Positions 23,801-34,058 of a DNA stretch of 64,000 nt are shown here, in pieces (the stretch's first letter is position 1; each line of letters starts with the position of its first letter). Below the pieces are notes generated by a model, which was not told where the DNA came from, did not search any database, and saw only the letters and a program-made list of their open reading frames with translations. Both the position numbers and the translations under genes were made by a program. The stretch lies in the NCBI GenBank assembly GCA_038087875.1, contig JAXLNO010005613.1, positions 1 to 64,000 of the forward strand, in the 5' to 3' direction. The DNA is from Malacoraja senta (taxonomy: Eukaryota).

Positions 23801-26800
23801 ATCTCGGGGAAGCCATTCACTCTGACCACCCGCCCTCTAACACCCCTCAGCTGACCCCTGACCCTGAGGTCAGCGCAGGACGGGCCTGAGGTCGGGGAAG
23901 TGCTGGTGTGACCTTTTGACCACTGACTCCCACCCTCTGACCTCGGACCTCACACTGTGACCCCTGAGCCCTGCCCCAGCCTAGAGTTCACTGCAGCAGG
24001 TGGTGCAGTGAACTCTGTTATTTAGTTTGCCTGTCCCTACAGATCACCATCTGTGCTGCACCTTGCCACACACAATGTCTGACTTTCCTGTGTATATTAC
24101 AGGAGCAGCAATGACCAGCCGACACACACGTCACATTCACTCAAGAGATCGCCATGCAGCTGCTGCCGTTGGCAAATGGAGTCTCCCTGTCTTTCACTCA
24201 CTCACTCGGCAATCCGAGGCTACTGCACTGCAAACGCTCATTTCAGGAGATAAACATGGAAATGCACTGGGGATGCTGGGGAAGAAACCGGTTGGGACTG
24301 AGGGGGGGGAGGGGGTGAGGGAATGACAGGATAGGACATGACAGTGGGAAAATGTCAGGGTATGAGACACTGGAGTGGGTGGCATTCAGGAGTGGGAGAG
24401 GAAGGCAGGATTAATGTTTGGGAAAGGGGAGCAGGGTATGGGTATGTGATGAGTGAAGGAGAGGGGAGTGTGGGAGGGGGAGGGATGCACTGATATTGTG
24501 GAGCAAGAAGGGGGCATGGGGAGGGGAGAAGGAACAGGAAGCAATGTGGTGGAGGGGGGGCCGATGCTTGGGGACTTGCTCAATCAGATTTTGTAAAGCA
24601 GATGTTGTTTAACTCATTGTCTGCAGCTTGTTTTTAATTTTTCTGCTGAACTGCATGTTTTCATTTGAAATTAGATACATAAATAAAAGAAAATAACAAG
24701 AACATGAAATGTTTGGAGTTGATCATCACTTTACTCATCACTTTAGGGACTTCAGCTGAGGATGTTGCCAGGACTCGAGGGTGTGAGCTACAGGGAGAGG
24801 TTGAGTAGTTTGGGTCTCTATTCTATGGAGCATAGGAGGATGAGGGGTGATCTTACAGATTTTACAGTAAAAACATGTAAGCAGAAAAAAATAAATAGTA
24901 AAGACATCACAAGTACACAAATAAAAACAGAATTCAATCCGAACACAAAAATCAAAAACACAGTATGGAAGAGAGAGCAGTGGTTGCTAATATGCGCCAG
25001 CGTCCACTCCCCCTTCCGGCAGCCATCTTGGACATTAAGTAAAACAATCAATTAACATTTACACACAAACAAAAATCATCCCCCACAATGATTACCACTG
25101 TGGGGGAAGGCACAATGTCCAGTCCCCAACCCCAGTTCTCCCAAAGACGGCATATTGAGGCCTCCACAGTTGCCTCTACGGAGGCCCGATGTTCCTGGCC
25201 GTTCTCGCCGGGTGCAGTTGCCCTGGTGTCGGGAGAGTCCTCGCAGCGGCTGGAACAGCTAATCTCCTATTGGAGTCCGTGGCACCTGAAGCCAACAATG
25301 CCGCGCCGATTTGGAGCTCAGAGGCTCCCGATGTTGGATTCGGCGCCGCCGCCCACGGCTGATCGCTCCGCAAGTCCCGCAGCCCGGAGGTGTTGAGCTC
25401 GGCGGTCGCAGCTCACCGGAACTCCAGCGCATCGATCCAGCGCGGCGACCCAGGCAAGGTATCGCCCGCTCCGCTCCGCGATAGCGCTCCAGCACTGTGC
25501 CGTCACCAAAGCTGAAGGTGCGAGGCGGTCCCCGCCAGGAAACGCCGCTCCAGGATCGCTGGTAGGCTGCAAGGACGGGTCGACGGGGCAGCCCGGAGAA
25601 AAAGCCGCCTCACCGACCAGGTAGGGACCTAAAAATAGTTTTCCCCATTGCCCCCCCACAAGAAAAGTCAAATTCCCCAGGAAAGACAGACATAGTTAAC
25701 TAAAAACTAAAGCAAAAAGTGAAATTAACGGACGGCTGCTGGTTAGCAGCCGTTCCCCAAGATGACAGGTTTGGAGGGATATGGACCAAGTGCAGGCAAG
25801 TGGGACTAGGGTAGCTGGGACATTGATGGCCGGTGTGGGCGTGTTGGGCTGAAGGGCCTGTTTCCACACTGTATTAATCTATGACTATGAGTGCACCAAA
25901 TACACCAGATATTGGGCTAAAACGCATCAGGAGAGGAGTACATGGACAGGTTCAGAATAGGATACAACAGATACTGAAGAGTCAACACCAGCACCTGATC
26001 CAAATGCCGTAAGTCCGAGGGCCAGACATTGCAGGAAATCCCACGGGGCCGGGTATTGGAGGAACACACCTCGGGGAAAAGACATTGGGGACATGACCAG
26101 ACAATGGTAGGCCTCCGGGGAGCGTTGTAGAGCAGAGGGATCTAGGAGTACAGGTGCATGGTTCCTTGAAGGTGGAGTCACAGGTAGATAGGGTGGTCAA
26201 AAAGACTTTTGACACATTGGGTTTCATCAGTCTGAGTATTGAGTATAGAAGTTGAGAGGTCATGTGCGAATTCTCTGCCTCAGAGGGGGGTGGAGGCAGG
26301 TTCTCTGGATACTTTGAAGAGAGAGCTAGATAGGGCTCTTAAAGATAGCGGAGTCAGGGGATATGGGGAGGAGGCTGGAACGGGCTCCTGATTGTGGATG
26401 ATCAGCCATGATCACATTGAATGGCGGTGCTGACTCGAAGGGCCAACTGGCCTCCTCCTGCACCTATTGTCTATTGTCTATTATATAAGTCATTGATGGA
26501 ACCACATTTAGAGTATTGTGTTCAGTTCTGGGCAGCATGTTATTCGGAAGATGTCAACCAGCTGGAAAGGGTACGGAGAAGATTCATGAGGATGTTGCCA
26601 GGATTTCAGGGTCGGCTATAGGGAAAGGTTGAGTATGCTGGGACTCTAATCCTTGGAGCGCAGGAAGATGAGGGGTGACCTTATAGAGGTGTACTAAATC
26701 ATGAGAGGAATAGATCGGGTAGATACACAAAGTCTTTTGCCCAGAGTAGGGGAATCGAGGACCAGAGTACATAGGTTCAAGGTGAAGGGAAAAAGATTGA

Positions 26801-27925
26801 ATTGGAATCTGAGGGGTAACTTTTCCACACAGAGGGTGGTGGGTGTATGGAATGAGCTGCGCGAGGAGGTAGTTGTGGCTGGGACTATCCCAATATTTAA
26901 GAAACAGTTGGACAGGTACATTGATAGGACAGGGTTGGAAGGATGTGGGCCAAACACAGGCATGTGGGACTAGTGTAGCTGGGACATGGAAACAATTCAT
27001 GAAATCAATATTCATACTGCTGGGTTGTAAGCTGTCCAAGTGAAATATGAGACGCTGTTCCTCCAATTTGTGTTTCATCTCACTCTGACAGTGGAGGGGG
27101 CCCAGGACAGAAAGGTCAATGTGGGAATGTGATGGGGAATTAAAGTGTTTGGCAACCAGGAGATCAGGTTGGTCCAGGCAGACTGAGCGAAGGTTTTCAG
27201 TGAAACTATCGCCCAGTCTACGTTTGGTCTCGCAGATGTGTAAGAGTCCACACCTTGAGGTTGATGAGGTTGGAGGAGGTGCTAGTGAAGTGAACTAACA
27301 TTTATTTCCCGTCCACAACCGCTTTTGAACTGGATGTTTCCCTGGGCCATTTCGGAGCTGATAAGGGTCGGATACATGACTGGGGGCCTGGAGTCACATA
27401 ACGAGACCTGGTAAAGTCACCAGATGCTCTTCCCTGAAGCTTACAGTCATGGGTTTAGACACCAATGGTAGACAAAAATGCTGGAGAAACTCAGTGGGTG
27501 AGGCAGCATCTATGGAGCGAAGGAATAGGTGACGTTTCGGGTCGAGACCCTTCCTCAGACTGATGTGTGGGTGGGGGTAAGAAGAAAGGAAGAGACGGAG
27601 ACAGTGGTCTGTGGGAGAGCTGGGAAAAGGAGGGGAAAGAGGGAGAAAGCAAGGACTACCTGAAATAGCGGTATAAACATTGATTTCTCCAATTTCAGGT
27701 ATTCCTTGCTTTCTCCCTCTTTCCACTCCCCTTCCCAGCTCTCCCACAGCCCACTGCCTCCGCCTCTTCCTTTCTTCTTCTTCCCGCCCCGGCCACACCC
27801 CCCACCCCAAATCAGTCTGAAGAAGGGTCTCAACCCAAAAGGTCACCTATTCCTTCGCTCCATAGATGCTGCCTCACCCGCTGAGTTTCTCCAGCATTTT
27901 TGTCTACCTTAGATTTTTCCAGCAT
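20827..27925. repeat. Array unit U3 (7.1 kb, no private insertion, 279-bp deletion)
   Basis: Landmark-to-landmark comparison with the other units. Confidence 0.92.
21738..22884 (-). mobile_element. 5'-truncated L2-clade LINE, U3 copy (uninterrupted, 342-codon open frame)
   Basis: ORF 21874-22902; same junctions as the U2 copy. Confidence 0.92.
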
Positions 27926-28121
27926 CTGCAGTCTATCTGGTTTACTCCGAAGATAGACACAAAATGCTGGAGTAACTCGGCGGGACAGGCAGCGTCTCTG
28001 GATAGAAAGAAAGGGTGATGTTTTGGGTCGAGACCCTTCTCAAGAGAGAGTTAGATTTAGCTCTTAGGGCTAAGGGAATCAAGGGATATGGGGAAAAAGC
28101 AGGAACGAGGTATTGATTTTA

Positions 28122-31100
28122 TTTATTTTTTTTTTTTATTTTTTTTTTTTTTTATTTTTTTATTTTTTAGAAGTACGGTAGATTACAGTAATGTACAACA
28201 CGTATATATTAATACATTTTTTGTACCGCTTCACTTTTTTAAACTTTAAGAAAGAAAAAGAAAGAAGTAAGAAAAGTGCAGAAAGTGCGCAAAGGTTGTG
28301 AAGTGCAAAAGAGTGTTGGGAAAAGAAAGCCCCTTAGAAAAGAGGTTAGAGAAGGAAGTAAAGTTAGAAAATAGACCCTAGAAAAAAAAGAGAAAGAAAG
28401 AAGGAACAATCGCTCTATTATAACTCTTATACCATACTTCATAGAGAAGGAACTACCAACCAAGTCTATTTTTATTTTACCTCCCATTACCAGGTCCAGA
28501 TACCTTTTATTTATTTATTTGTTTTTCTAAATTACTATTGCACCTCATGCTTGTAATAGGTCCAAAAACGTAGACCACGTCTTTTGAAATTGATCTACTT
28601 TGCCTACTAGGAGGAATCTCATCTCTTCCAGATGTAATGTTTCCAACATATTTGATGTCCACATTTTTATTGTTGGTGTGGGCGCATTTTTCCAGAATTT
28701 AAGTATAAGCTTTTTTCCCATTATTAGCCCATAATTGAGTAAATTCTTCTGATACACGTTTAATTCAGGAATACCTTCCGATATTCCAAAAATAATCCAT
28801 TCTGGTTTTGGTACCAGTTTTATTTTGATTAATTTTGAAAAAATATCAAATATTTCAAACCAGAATTTTTGGATTTTTGTACAAAAAACAAAAGAATGTG
28901 CTATGGTAGCTTCTTGACATATACATTTATCACAGATTGGTGAGACGTTAGGAAAGATTTTATTTAGTTTGGTTTTTGAATAATATAATCTATGTAATGT
29001 TTTAAATTGGATAAGCGTATGTCGTACGTTGATCGAGCATTTATGCACCTGTAATAAATGATTATCCCAACTCTCTTTTGAAATTTTTATACCTAGATCT
29101 TGTTCCCAATCTCTTCTAATTCCATCTGTTGTGGGTATTTCTATATTTAAGATGATATTATATAAGTATGATATTAAATTAACTGATTCCGCCTTTGTCT
29201 TCATTGCTTCATCTAGTAAGTCGGAAGGCATATTATAATAATCTTTTGTGTGTGTTTTCAAATAGTCACAGATTTGTATATATTTAAAATATTGATTATT
29301 TTTCAAATTATATTTCAGTTGTAGTTGTTGGAATGATAGTAATTTTTCTAATTCATACAGATCTTCGAGCGTTTTAATTCCCATTCTTTCCCATTGTATA
29401 AATGCTTTATCTATGATTGAAGGTTTAAACGATGGGTTATTGACTATTGGTATTAAGAGAGATAGGTTTCTTAATTTTAGATTCTGTTTTATTTGCTTCC
29501 ATGTTCTAATAGTGCTATATATAATTGGATTTTTATTATAATTTTTATTATTCAAGTTTATTGGAGAGAGAATAATCGCTCCTATATTATTCGGGGAGCA
29601 ATCCCCTTTTTCCATTATAATCCAGTCCACCTGCTGGGCAGAATTGTCCAGCAGGTGAATCATATTTTTAATATTTACTGCCCAGTTATAATACATAAAG
29701 TTAGGGAGCGCTAGACCCCCCAACTCTTTTCGTTTGTTAAGGTGTGTTCTTTGTATTCTGTGGGATTTGTAATCCCATATAAAATTTGTAATGTCTGAGT
29801 CCAGTTTTTTGAAAAACTTTTTTGGGAGATATATAGGTATTGATTGAAATAGGTAAAGGATTTGTGGTAAGAAAATCATTTTTATAGCATTTATCCTACC
29901 TATTAAGGACATCGGAAGTGTTTTCCAAAATTTAATCAGATTATTTAATTTCTTAAGTAGGGGATTATAATTAGCTTTAAACATATCATGGTAATTTCTA
30001 GTAATCTCAATTCCTAAATATTTGAATTTTTCCATAGCTATTTTAAAAGGGAATTTCCTGAGATGTGTTGAATCTTTTGGTTTAATCGACATAATTTCAC
30101 TTTTGTTCCAATTTATTCTATATCCTGAAAAGGATCCAAAGTCCTCAATTAAGTTTAATATATTTGGTATACTAATTTGTGGTTTTGTGATGTACAGTAG
30201 TACATCATCAGCATATAGGGATAGTTTGTTGTTTGAATATTTTGTGTTATAACCGTGAATATTCGAGTGTGTTCTTATTTTTTCAGCAAGGGGTTCAATT
30301 ACCAAAGCAAATAACAGCGGTGATAGTGAACATCCTTGTCTGTTGCCCCTAGATAATTCGAATTTTGAAGATAATATATTATTAGTTAGTATTCTAGCCG
30401 TAGGTTTGTTATATAGTAGTTTTATCCATGCAATAAAGTTTTCTCCCAATTGGAATTTTTGCAATACTTTGATCATATAGTCCCATTCTACTTGATCAAA
30501 CGCTTTTTCTGCGTCCAGTGAGATGATAGCTAACTCTTGGTCATAAGATTTATGTGAATGCATTATGTTAAGCAAACGTCTCAAATTATTAAATGAGTGT
30601 CTCTTAGGTATAAATCCTGTTTGATCCTCATGTATTAGTCTACTAACATACTTGCTTAATCTATTGGCTAATGTTTTTGCTATTATTTTCTGATCCGTAT
30701 TTAACAAAGCAATAGCTCTATATGATCCTGGTTCTTCTATATTTTTATCTTTTTTAAGTATTAATATGATCGTTGATTCCGCTAGTGTTTCAGGTAGGTT
30801 TTGCTCTTTATAAGCATATGTATACATTTTTTGTAATCGTGGAGTAACTATATCATAAAAAGATTTATAAAATTCATTACTGAATCCGTCTGGTCCTGGT
30901 GTTTTTCCATTTTTTAGTGTTTTTATTGTGTCTTCTATCTCCTTAGAAGTAATTTGTGCTCCCAGTTCCTCTTGTTCCCTGCGTTCTAATTGTGGTAGAT
31001 TACAATTATCTAAAAATTCTGAGATTTTATTATTGTCTATTGACGTTTTAGATGTGTATAGATTCTGGTAAAATTGAGCAAATCTTTTATTAATATCCTT

Positions 31101-33598
31101 GGGTAGTGTTAATACTTCCCCTCTATCTGATTTAATCTTTAATATTGCATTCTCTTTTTCCCGTTTTTTAAGTTGTCGTGCTAGAAGTTTGTGGGGTTTG
31201 TCCCCGAATTCGAAGTGTTCTTGTTTTGTGATTTGAAATAATGTTATAACTTTCTCTGACAGTAATTTATTTAACTGAAATTTCAGTAGTAGTATTTTAT
31301 TATGTTTATCCATAGTTGGGTCTTTAGCATTATCTATATCTAACTGTTTTATTTGATCTTCTAAGTGTCTTTGTTCATTCTTATTCTTTTTATTTTGATA
31401 AGCTTGAAATGAAATAATGACTCCTCTTATAAATGCTTTGAAGGATTCCCATAATAACGTGGGGGATATCTCTGGTGTATCATTTAACTCAAAAAATAGA
31501 TCCATCTGTTTTTTTAGATAGATACTCCCTTGAGGGTCTTTTAAAATTTGTGAGTTAAACCTCCAGAACGGTTTATTCATAGACATTCCTTCTAGTTTTA
31601 GAACAAAAGTTAACGGAGAATGATCTGAGATCGCATTAATATGATATTTAGGATTCAAAGATTGCGAAATTAATTTTGTATCCACTAGAAAATAGTCTAT
31701 CCGTGAATATGTTTTATGCACCATTGAATAAAACGAGTAATCCCTTCCCGTCGGGTTTGCAATCCTCCATACATCTGTTATATTTGTGTTTTCCATATAT
31801 GTGTGTAAGAGTTCACTGGTTTTAGATTTCGTCTGACCTTTTTGTTTTTGCATCGATTTATCTAAATAAGGATCTAAAACACAATTAAAATCTCCTCCGA
31901 TTATAACATTTTGATAATTAGATTCTGCAATTATATTCAGAATTTTATTAAAAAATTGAGGGTTATCAAAGTTGGGCGCATATATGTTTACCAGCGTGAT
32001 TGGCATATTATTGATCTCCCCTGCTACTATAAGATATCTCCCTTCCTTATCTAAAATAGTGTTCTTTGATTTAAATGGAATTCCTTTACGAATAATAATT
32101 GCAGTACCTCTAGATTTAGAGGTAAATGAAGAGTGAAATGTTTGGCCTATCCAGTTCGCCCTCAGTCTTGTCTGATCTTGCTGTTTAAGATGTGTTTCCT
32201 GTAGAAACGCTATGTCCGTGTTGTATGATTTCAACTGAGCTAGTATCTTGCCCCTTTTAATAGGTTCATTAATCCCCCTTATATTCCAACTACATAATGT
32301 GATTCCTCCTATTTTCTTTTGATTGTCGTCATGCATTTTTACCAATTTTAATGACCTTAATTATTGTGGTGCGTTCATACCTCCGGACTCTGGTTATTTT
32401 GGGAGTATTTCTATTATAGACTTCCTTGGTAGTTCTCCTGCGCGATTGTCCTTGAAGAAAAAACACACAGATGTGACATATTGTGATTAAAAAAAAATAT
32501 ATATATAAATCAAATAAATTTACGGTGTCTAAAATTTCAACACCGTAGTGAGTGGCCCACTCGTCTGTGGGGTACGACATCCATAACGCTTCCGGCGTAG
32601 TTGGTATAAAGTTAGCCCCGCTGTATTTATTACCCAAAATCTATGGGGTCATTACCGTTTCCAATTCAGTTCTATTTCACCCAGTTACAATTTATATATA
32701 TGTCAAATGTATTCGATTCCATATCCTACTCACTCTTTATCTCTTAACTATTTTAAAATGAATTTAGTATTGTTAAAGTGAGCGGTTTACTGAGTGGATT
32801 AACCGGAGTCAGGTTCCTGGAATTGTGCCAGGTGCCTGATCTCTTCTCCTCTCCACGAGCTGCGAACATAGGTGATAACTGCTGTCTGCGTTATGACGCA
32901 GGCACCACAGTTTTATCAGTTTCAAATATTATTTCTATATTAGTATTGTTAATTATTAATTATGATTAATTCTCAGCATTTTGTAAAACTATATAAGCCG
33001 TATATATTTTTCATATCAACCTCGAGTGTATATTATCTCTTAACTATTTTAAATTGATTTTAATATTGTTAAAAATGAGCTGTTCGCTGGAAGGGTTAAC
33101 GGGAGTCTGGCTCCTGGAGTTATGCCAGGTACCCGGTCTCCCCCTCCCTCCACTCTCGAGCTGCATAGCACTTGCTGTTATCTGCTAAACAGAGCAGACT
33201 GCACATTTTTTATCTATTTCAATTGCTATTTCTATATTAGTATTGTTAATTGTTAATTATTATTAGTTCTCAGTTTTTTCAGTTTTTTATAAACAATATA
33301 AGCCATGTGATGTTTTTCACTCTCAGCCCAGCAGTTCGTCCCGTTATCAGGTTTTCCTCGTTTGAGCACGTAGTGTCCTTGAATTACATAGCACAATGTT
33401 CCAGCGAAGATAATAATGTCTAGCCACGTCTCACTAAGAATCTGTTGCTTGAAGTCAAATAAAAAATAAAAAATCAGTGTTCAGTTAATTCACTTTCCTT
33501 GTGATATTCTTGTTGGAAGAATAAGCAAGTTCATTTGTTCATGTCGTCTTGGTTTTCAGTCTCCAGTTGATGCAGCCTTAGTCGCGATTTCTTGAGCG
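28122..33598 (-). mobile_element. Second L1-clade element (L1-B), 5'-truncated at the very end of ORF1, private to U4
   Basis: 15-bp TSD gaggtattgatttta at 28107-28121 and 33599-33613; poly(A) tail of about 45 nt; cleavage context TTTT/A. The 5'-most remnant translates SAQEIATKAASTGD*, a plausible ORF1 end. Confidence 0.96.
28545..32345 (-). CDS. L1-B ORF2: intact endonuclease + reverse transcriptase + C-terminal Cys domain, 1266 aa (first ATG at 32336)
   Basis: Uninterrupted ORF with SWNIRG, FLQETH, GGDFN, YSRIDYF, SDHSP, GNRQGCSLSP, LYADD and CDKC...H...C. Confidence 0.96.
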   Translation of the reverse strand: MVKMHDDNQKKIGGITLCSWNIRGINEPIKRGKILAQLKSYNTDIAFLQETHLKQQDQTRLRANWIGQTFHSSFTSKSRGTAIIIRKGIPFKSKNTILDKEGRYLIVAGEINNMPITLVNIYAPNFDNPQFFNKILNIIAESNYQNVIIGGDFNCVLDPYLDKSMQKQKGQTKSKTSELLHTYMENTNITDVWRIANPTGRDYSFYSMVHKTYSRIDYFLVDTKLISQSLNPKYHINAISDHSPLTFVLKLEGMSMNKPFWRFNSQILKDPQGSIYLKKQMDLFFELNDTPEISPTLLWESFKAFIRGVIISFQAYQNKKNKNEQRHLEDQIKQLDIDNAKDPTMDKHNKILLLKFQLNKLLSEKVITLFQITKQEHFEFGDKPHKLLARQLKKREKENAILKIKSDRGEVLTLPKDINKRFAQFYQNLYTSKTSIDNNKISEFLDNCNLPQLERREQEELGAQITSKEIEDTIKTLKNGKTPGPDGFSNEFYKSFYDIVTPRLQKMYTYAYKEQNLPETLAESTIILILKKDKNIEEPGSYRAIALLNTDQKIIAKTLANRLSKYVSRLIHEDQTGFIPKRHSFNNLRRLLNIMHSHKSYDQELAIISLDAEKAFDQVEWDYMIKVLQKFQLGENFIAWIKLLYNKPTARILTNNILSSKFELSRGNRQGCSLSPLLFALVIEPLAEKIRTHSNIHGYNTKYSNNKLSLYADDVLLYITKPQISIPNILNLIEDFGSFSGYRINWNKSEIMSIKPKDSTHLRKFPFKIAMEKFKYLGIEITRNYHDMFKANYNPLLKKLNNLIKFWKTLPMSLIGRINAIKMIFLPQILYLFQSIPIYLPKKFFKKLDSDITNFIWDYKSHRIQRTHLNKRKELGGLALPNFMYYNWAVNIKNMIHLLDNSAQQVDWIIMEKGDCSPNNIGAIILSPINLNNKNYNKNPIIYSTIRTWKQIKQNLKLRNLSLLIPIVNNPSFKPSIIDKAFIQWERMGIKTLEDLYELEKLLSFQQLQLKYNLKNNQYFKYIQICDYLKTHTKDYYNMPSDLLDEAMKTKAESVNLISYLYNIILNIEIPTTDGIRRDWEQDLGIKISKESWDNHLLQVHKCSINVRHTLIQFKTLHRLYYSKTKLNKIFPNVSPICDKCICQEATIAHSFVFCTKIQKFWFEIFDIFSKLIKIKLVPKPEWIIFGISEGIPELNVYQKNLLNYGLIMGKKLILKFWKNAPTPTIKMWTSNMLETLHLEEMRFLLVGKVDQFQKTWSTFLDLLQA

Positions 33599-34058
33599 GA
33601 GGTATTGATTTTAGATGATCAGCCATGATCACATTCAATGGCTGTGCTGGCTCGAAGGGCCGAATGGCCTACTCCTGTCTGTGAAGTTTGCAGGTTCTCC
33701 TTGTAACGACGTGTGTGTATTGTGTGAAATACAGCAAACTTGTGTGTATTTTCTTTTTTAATTACTTGTTCTTTTTGTACATATTGTTCTTTCACACATT
33801 CAGTATGCTGGATAATCACTTTTGGAGTTAAGAAAGTCAGCCAACGGGAGACTTTAACTCAACGGGTGTACGTTAACTCAAGCTAACTAGGTTATTCCCC
33901 TTTCTTATCTATTCCCTGCACACCAGTGCAATTTTCAAAAACTATGGTCAGCGTGCACGTGGAGGGCAGAAGGGCCTGTTTCCCTACAATGGTGAATTAG
34001 AGGAGGGCACCAATTATGTTTGTTTGCTCTGGGCAATGTGAGCTGAAGATGTTGGTTT

